NCBI GenBank assembly: GCA_964057225.1
Contig: OZ059895.1
Span: forward strand, 21,204,001-21,268,000
Reading direction: 5' to 3'
DNA length: 64,000 nt
DNA from: Auanema rhodensis
Lineage: Eukaryota > Animalia > Nematoda
The notes beneath the pieces are model-generated. The model had not been told where the DNA came from. It made no database searches and saw only the letters and a list, made by a program, of their open reading frames with translations. The translations under genes were made by a program, and so were the position numbers. This document shows positions 59,601 through 64,000 of the stretch, in pieces. Position 1 is the first letter of the stretch, and each line of letters opens with the position of its first letter.

Positions 59601-59919
59601 GAAAGATAAAGGGATGCGGTTTTCAAAATTAGATTCCCCATGTCCATATTAGTCTAAAAACAAATTTTTGTTGATATTGGTGCTTGGTAACCATGACTTT
59701 GAAATTTACGTGAACTTTAATTTATGCTAATTAAGTGAACACATGATGTGCACTTGGTATGTAACTCGCTTCACGTGAAAGATAAAGAGATGTGGTTTTC
59801 AAAAAAGATTTCCCATGTCCATATTAGTCTAAAAACGAATTTTTATTGATATTGATTCATGGTAACCATGACTTTGAAATTTACGTGAACTTTAATTTAT
59901 GCTAATTAAGTGTACACGT
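50700..59919. repeat. LINE-proximal satellite sub-domain with its own variable-length higher-order repeat (conserved core, units of 9-15 monomers)
   Basis: Private markers: AATATATGC at 51281, 53039, 55324, 57082, 57961 and 59543; CGAAATCAG at 51713, 53471, 55756 and 58393; and CAAAAAAGATTTCCC. None was seen left of ~51 kb. Confidence 0.85.
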
Positions 59920-59933
59920 TTATTGGTTTATTG
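59918..59933 (-). repeat. LINE 3' terminal tandem repeat (CAATAAAC)x2
   Basis: The plus strand reads GTTTATTG GTTTATTG at the satellite junction. Each unit contains AATAAA on the element strand. CR1-clade elements are known to end in short tandem repeats rather than poly(A). Confidence 0.85.
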
Positions 59934-60388
59934 TTCAGTATTACAGGCTAAACGTTATCAGTACAAATGAGAAGTTACATGAGTAAGAGCCATACAATAA
60001 GAACATTGAAAAAAAATGAAGGGTGGATAAAAATAATAAGTTAATCTGAGAGTGAATATTTGTAAGCAGTTCCTTTTTTTTTCAGAAAACAGGGGGTTTG
60101 TTCAGCATAAAAGCTGATCTCCTGTTGGTAGTTGTTAGGTACGGAGGTACTCATAAGTTGAGCCGAGCCCGTTCTAACAATAGGAGATAACTTGCGTTCA
60201 ATCCGTATGACTCATGTCTATAAGATATGAAACGAAGTAACAAAGGAGTAGAGAAGGGATGAAAATAGGAAACTGTTGCCAATTGTCACGAACAGAAAAA
60301 CAGAACAAGGTTATGACTATGGAATAAGAAATAATTAACAAAATGAAAAGTGAACAAATTAACACTCGTATTAATTATTTAGATCACA
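59934..60388 (-). other. LINE 3' UTR (~455 bp)
   Basis: Non-coding, non-satellite sequence between the ORF2 stop (60389-60391) and the terminal repeats. It is pyrimidine-rich on the element strand, like the rest of the element. Confidence 0.8.
60117..60188 (-). promoter_or_regulatory. Predicted extended RNA stem-loop in the LINE 3' UTR
   Basis: Four nested complementary pairs: ATCTCCT (60117-60123) with AGGAGAT (60182-60188); TTGTTAG (60132-60138) with CTAACAA (60174-60180); ACGG (60141-60144) with CCGT (60169-60172); CTCA (60150-60153) with TGAG (60159-60162). Confidence 0.6.
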
Positions 60389-63262
60389 TTATGGAGTTTG
60401 TAGAGTATTGTAGAGGTGTTTTCTGAAGCTTTTGGTTTTCTCAAGGTTAATCAAGTTGTCGGGTAAGGAATTCCATGTCTTGATCGCTCTGTATTCGATT
60501 CCATTTCTTGATGCGTTTTTTCGAAGATTAGGAAAGTCGATATTCCATTGGTGCCTACGAAGGGAGTGAGAAAACTTTTTGATAGTAAAAATTCTAGAAT
60601 GTAACTCGGTATTTGAGTCTTTTATATGGTTGAAGTAAAATATCAGATCGGTTACCAAGCGTCTGGTTGATAATTCCTGAGCCTGCAGTATGCCGAGCTG
60701 ATCGGAATAACTGCAAAAGGTACCTGCTCTACAGAAAACAGCTCGTAAAAACTTTTTCTGAACGTTCTCGATACGGCTCTTGTTTTTTTCATCTTGAGGT
60801 GACCATACTACTGATGCGTATTCGAGAATGGGGCGGACATAACAACAAAAAAGTCTAAACATTAGAGTAGGGGATCTGGAATGGAAACAGCGCAGAATGG
60901 TGCGGCATTTCTGAGCTGCCAAGTTGCTGATAGTGTTAATATGACTACCAAAAGTAAGGTTGTGATCAGTGAAAACCCCAAGGTCTTTATAGCTGGAAGC
61001 CAAAGACAGGGAAAACTCACCAAAAGTAAACCTTTCCTCGTTGTTTCGGAATGAGTGGTCGTCAGAGATGACCATTATTTTAGTTTTATTGATATTGACT
61101 CTCATTCCGTTGTTGTTGCACCACTCATTGAGAGAGTTTAGAGCAGTTTGCAGACTTACCGGATTGGTGCTGTACAGTTTAAGGTCGTCAGCGAATAAAG
61201 TGGAGTGGACATCATCGGGAAGTGTAGAACTGATGTCGTTGATGTAAAAAAGAAAAAGAAGAGGACCCAAGACAGTCCCTTGAGGAACACCACATAATAA
61301 GTTAGTGGAGTTGGAGAGAGAGTTATTAACCAAAACCGAAAATGACCTGTTTGTAATAAAGTTTTTGAGAAAGGATAAGAGAGGGCCCCGAACACCAGAG
61401 GAATGAAGTTTGTGGATAAGAATAGAGTGGTTAATTAGGTCAAATGCTTTAGAAAAATCGATGAATGCAACAAAAACTGGGATGTTTTTGTCAATCGAAG
61501 ATCTCCAAGCAATGTGACTGCTGGTTATAGCTGAAACAGTATTACGCCCGGGAAGGAAAGCGTGTTGGTTTGAAGATATTGAGCCCGTGGAAATGCCGAA
61601 GTGAAGAAGGGGAGCGCTAATGAGACGCTCAAAAACTTTGGAGAGACTAGGGGTTAGAGAAATGGGACGGTAATTTGAAGGGGTAGAGCGGTTGCCGGAT
61701 TTAAAGATTGGACGAATCCAGGCTTTTTTCCAGGCAAGAGGACAAGTTGAAGAAACAAGAAGATTGTGAAAAATAAAAGCAAGAGGAAGAGTGAGAGAAG
61801 TAGCGCATTGTTTGAGGAAGTAGTAAGGAATTCCATCCGGAGAAGTTGAGACTCTGAGCGGAAGATGTGAAAGAACTTTGTAGACCTTATCCGGAGAAAT
61901 ATCTATAAAATCAATAATGGAGGGAGTTGCAGAGGGGTATTTAATTTTGTTGAATGAAGAACCTGGTTCGACAAAGAAAGTATTTGCGAATACAGATGCT
62001 TTATCTCTGTCGGATGAGTAGATGTTGTCTTCACATTTGATGGTAGGGATATCTGAAGTAGATGCTCCAAGACGGGCTCTACAGAATCGATAAAAAATTG
62101 TAGGGTTGTTGAGAGCGGCGGTTTTCTCTTCTTCGGACGCTGATTTAAGCTTAAGAAGCCTGTCAAGCTTGACAGTCAATTTTTTACGATAGAGTTCATC
62201 TCGAGGACAAATAGATGAGCTGAGTCTGTTGATGAAATTTGAGAGACTAGCAATTTCTTTATCGACTTTGCTTTTTTGTTTGGACTGTTTATAGGGAACA
62301 AACCTTTTGATAACTGAGTGAATAATTTCAATAAACTTAGTATAGGAGTCCAGAGGAGTTAGATCAGAAAGTTCAGTAGCAAAATCGATACTGGCCAAGT
62401 AATGATTAATAATATTGTAATCAGCACGATGAAAATTAAGCTGAGAAAAATTTGACAGAGAAGAACTGTTGTGGAAGACAACGGAAGAAGGAAGTGAGCC
62501 AGATCCAGGTACGCAAGAATTGTTGAATATGGAGAAGATGACAGAGTAGTGATCCGAGTTACCTAAAGGGGAAGAACGGAGTATGTTTTTAACCATAGCA
62601 GGGTTATTTGTGATGATGTAGTCTAGAATATGTTTACCCCGAGTAGGAAAGTTAACCAGTTGATCCGAATAGTTATCTTTTAAAAATTGAAAGATAGACA
62701 TACTGGAGGGAGAGGGGCGTGAAGATTCGCAGAGGTCCCAGTTGATGTAAGGAAAGTTGAGATCACCCGTGATGAGAAATGAACGGGCTTTTATATGACT
62801 AGAAAGATCAGAAAGATAGAAGGAAAAGTCGGAATGAAGAGAAGAAGGAGAACGGTAGCAGACAGAAAAGACTGTGTTGATTGAAGTGATGAGTATGTTG
62901 ATGTATTGAACAGAAGAAAGTTGAGAAGAACAAGAAAGTAAGGTAGAGTTAATTGATTTTTTGATAAAGATAAGAGTGCCGCCGCCACGGGCTGTACACC
63001 TGTCGGCTCTGAATAGATTGTAATAGTTACCGAGCGGAATATGATTAGAGTGGAAATTGGGAAAAAGCCAGGATTCTGATATAGCAATGATATCAGGAGA
63101 TGAAATATTATGGATAGTAGTAAGAAAATGAAATTTGTTGAGAATAGAGCGTGCATTATAACAATGAACAGAAAAATTAACAGGGACACAGGAACTGGAC
63201 GTAGTAGAAGGTTGTGAAGCCTTAACGAAATAACCTGTTCGTATCAGACTCAGGTTGAGATG
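60389..63262 (-). CDS. LINE ORF2: apurinic-like endonuclease + reverse transcriptase (957-codon open frame; first Met only at 62701)
   Basis: Hand translation upstream of the track's ATG (62701) stays open for 187 more codons to a TAA at 63265-63263. It gives APE motifs CYNARSILNK, PDIIAISESWL, YNLFRADR, RGGGTLIFIK, VCYRSPS and ITGDLNFPYINW. These continue into PTRGKHILDYIITN and GNSDHY. RT motifs: SPDGIP, WKKAWIRPIFKSG, NYRPISLTPSLSKVFE, QHAF, FIDFSKAFD, GVPQGTVLGPLLF, LFADDLK (61184-61195) and DLGV. No internal stop or frameshift. Confidence 0.95.
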   Translation of the reverse strand, partial: HLNLSLIRTGYFVKASQPSTTSSSCVPVNFSVHCYNARSILNKFHFLTTIHNISSPDIIAISESWLFPNFHSNHIPLGNYYNLFRADRCTARGGGTLIFIKKSINSTLLSCSSQLSSVQYINILITSINTVFSVCYRSPSSLHSDFSFYLSDLSSHIKARSFLITGDLNFPYINWDLCESSRPSPSSMSIFQFLKDNYSDQLVNFPTRGKHILDYIITNNPAMVKNILRSSPLGNSDHYSVIFSIFNNSCVPGSGSLPSSVVFHNSSSLSNFSQLNFHRADYNIINHYLASIDFATELSDLTPLDSYTKFIEIIHSVIKRFVPYKQSKQKSKVDKEIASLSNFINRLSSSICPRDELYRKKLTVKLDRLLKLKSASEEEKTAALNNPTIFYRFCRARLGASTSDIPTIKCEDNIYSSDRDKASVFANTFFVEPGSSFNKIKYPSATPSIIDFIDISPDKVYKVLSHLPLRVSTSPDGIPYYFLKQCATSLTLPLAFIFHNLLVSSTCPLAWKKAWIRPIFKSGNRSTPSNYRPISLTPSLSKVFERLISAPLLHFGISTGSISSNQHAFLPGRNTVSAITSSHIAWRSSIDKNIPVFVAFIDFSKAFDLINHSILIHKLHSSGVRGPLLSFLKNFITNRSFSVLVNNSLSNSTNLLCGVPQGTVLGPLLFLFYINDISSTLPDDVHSTLFADDLKLYSTNPVSLQTALNSLNEWCNNNGMRVNINKTKIMVISDDHSFRNNEERFTFGEFSLSLASSYKDLGVFTDHNLTFGSHINTISNLAAQKCRTILRCFHSRSPTLMFRLFCCYVRPILEYASVVWSPQDEKNKSRIENVQKKFLRAVFCRAGTFCSYSDQLGILQAQELSTRRLVTDLIFYFNHIKDSNTELHSRIFTIKKFSHSLRRHQWNIDFPNLRKNASRNGIEYRAIKTWNSLPDNLINLEKTKSFRKHLYNTLQTP
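63222..63233 (-). promoter_or_regulatory. Candidate +1 programmed ribosomal frameshift site UUA-UUU-CGU-UAA at the ORF1/ORF2 overlap
   Basis: These are the last codons of ORF1. The +1 frame reads UUC-GUU-AAG and is the ORF2 frame. ORF2 has no in-frame ATG before the APE domain. Confidence 0.5.
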
Positions 63263-63998
63263 TTATATTAGAACCGCTTTTAGATCTGGTATGGTACTCG
63301 GAATTGGTTTTAGTACAGCGTGGGGGATTTTTCCTCTTTCTGGGGCTGATTGAAAATCTCTCAACCGTAGAAAGAGGTTTGGATCTACCCGCTGAGCGGC
63401 TATTCCTACCAGATTTAGAAGGCGGACTAGATATTACAACAGTGTCGGACACAGACGGACAAGAGACGATAGGGTCGTTTTGGACCACAGGACAGAGACT
63501 GGAGACATTTTGAGAAACATTAATGTTTGAGAACACATGAATAGAGGGTGAAGTTGGTTTACGAAGAACTTTGATAAGTTTAAGGTCGCGTACAAGGTAA
63601 ATTGATTCATCATTGTCCAGATTTTTATTTTTAGCTTCCTCACGTAGTTTTTTTTCTATTTCTACCTCGAAAGGAAGATAGTCGCGGCGAATAAAAGTTT
63701 TTGACAAACAAGCAAAGCATTTCGCTTTGTTGGACTTAATGATATCAATAATTTTGTCACGTATATCAACTGTTGAACATGAAATTACAAGAGGACCAAG
63801 AGATTTAGATTTTAGAGTTGAACGGGTTATAGTAATTTGGTTGCTGTTAATGAGAGAAGTCAAAGTAGAGTCGTTAGATTTTTCAACGACAAGTTTTAGG
63901 AGAGAAGTGGGGTCCGAGGGTAGTTCGGATGAGTCGTGGGGAACACGAAACCACACCGCTCTATTCAAACGATAGGAAAACTTTGACTCCTCAGATCT
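63222..63998 (-). CDS. LINE ORF1 (nucleic-acid-binding/chaperone protein), C-terminal part; N-terminus outside the window
   Basis: The track's start at 63968 is TTG, and the frame stays open to the window edge (RSEESKFSYRLNRAVWF...). It lies directly upstream of ORF2. The segment FIRRDY..E.E.EKKLREEAKNKN....IYLVRDLKL resembles, from memory, ORF1 C-termini of nematode CR1-like elements. It is followed by a Ser/basic low-complexity tail with an NLS-like PRKRK. Confidence 0.8.
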   Translation of the reverse strand, partial: RSEESKFSYRLNRAVWFRVPHDSSELPSDPTSLLKLVVEKSNDSTLTSLINSNQITITRSTLKSKSLGPLVISCSTVDIRDKIIDIIKSNKAKCFACLSKTFIRRDYLPFEVEIEKKLREEAKNKNLDNDESIYLVRDLKLIKVLRKPTSPSIHVFSNINVSQNVSSLCPVVQNDPIVSCPSVSDTVVISSPPSKSGRNSRSAGRSKPLSTVERFSISPRKRKNPPRCTKTNSEYHTRSKSGSNITSQPESDTNRLFR

Positions 63999-64000
63999 AA

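Larger units (their letters stand above)
1..59919. repeat. 176-bp tandem satellite DNA array (~340 monomers, single orientation, continues beyond the left window edge)
   Basis: AGATTCCCC recurs at 1, 177, 353 and onward. First monomer: AGATTCCCCATGTCCATATTAGTCTAAAAACAAATTTTTATTAATATTGGTGCATGGTAACCATGACTTTGAAATTTACGTGAACTTTAATTTATGCTAATTAAGTGTACACATGATGTGCGCTTGGTATGTAACTCGCTTCACGTCAAAGATAAAGAGATGCGGTTTTCAAAATT. Monomers differ at a limited set of recurrent positions. A 175-bp variant (CAAAATAGAT) and a 177-bp variant (CACGTCGAAAG) occur. The array ends abruptly at ...AAGTGTACACGT (59919). Confidence 0.99.
59918..64000 (-). mobile_element. CR1-clade non-LTR retrotransposon (LINE), complete at the 3' end, 5' part beyond the window
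   Basis: Minus-strand layout: ORF1, then APE-RT ORF2, then 3' UTR, then a short tandem-repeat tail with no poly(A). The post-RT motif YVRPILEYASVVWSP...IENVQKKF is typical of CR1/T1-like elements. No RNase H domain and no LTR are seen. Confidence 0.93.

Noticed and set aside
1-59919. CRISPR array or other repeat-spacer system
   Set aside because: There are no unique spacers: the whole 176-bp unit repeats. No cas genes are present and the context is eukaryotic.
59910-59935. Target-site duplication of the LINE
   Set aside because: Cannot be assessed because the 5' junction lies outside the window.
60074-60085. TTTTTTTTTCAG resembling a nematode splice/trans-splice acceptor
   Set aside because: It is a single short motif, antisense to the LINE, with no partner donor or exon. 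It is expected by chance next to a T-run.
60200-60236. Hammerhead-ribozyme-like segment (GTATGA-stem-GAAAC)
   Set aside because: It lacks the required CUGANGA core and lies antisense to the element.
62699-62701. ATG at 62701 as the true ORF2 start
   Set aside because: Starting here would delete most of the endonuclease (NARS, ESW, YRSP and GDLN motifs lie upstream in the same open frame).
62791-63189. 132-aa hydrophobic minus-strand ORF resembling a membrane protein
   Set aside because: It starts at GTG and lies in an alternative frame over the APE domain. Its Leu/Phe/Ile richness follows from the T/C-rich element strand.
60667-63975. Short alternative-frame and antisense ORFs within the LINE (60667, 61041, 61156, 61654, 61903, 63304, 63434, 63727)
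   Set aside because: They are shadows of ORF1/ORF2, several with non-ATG starts, and have no recognisable motifs.

Overview
Eukaryotic heterochromatin-type window, most likely from an animal and plausibly a nematode (inferred from the retroelement). Positions 1-59919 are one uninterrupted head-to-tail array of an AT-rich 176-bp satellite (about 340 monomers, with some 175- and 177-bp variants). The monomer is rich in dyad symmetry and E-boxes. The array is built from locally changing higher-order repeats (4-, 6-, 7-, 12-, 13-, 22- and 9-15-mers, plus a monomeric run) on top of an apparent older ~20-kb duplication. At 59918/59920 the array is cut mid-monomer by the 3' end of an apparently intact CR1-clade non-LTR retrotransposon on the minus strand, which runs off the window at 64000. 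The element has a (CAATAAAC)2 tail, a ~470-bp 3' UTR with a long stem-loop, and an APE-endonuclease/RT ORF2. By hand translation ORF2 is really a 957-codon frame (63262-60389), not the 770 aa shown in the track. ORF1 is truncated by the window edge. Most notable: ORF2 has no AUG upstream of its endonuclease domain and overlaps ORF1 in the +1 frame. ORF1 ends in UUU-CGU-UAA, the +1 ribosomal frameshift motif known from influenza PA-X and amalgaviruses. The element also sits at the dyad axis of the satellite monomer, with a 2-nt tail/target microhomology. All alignments and spacings were read by eye.
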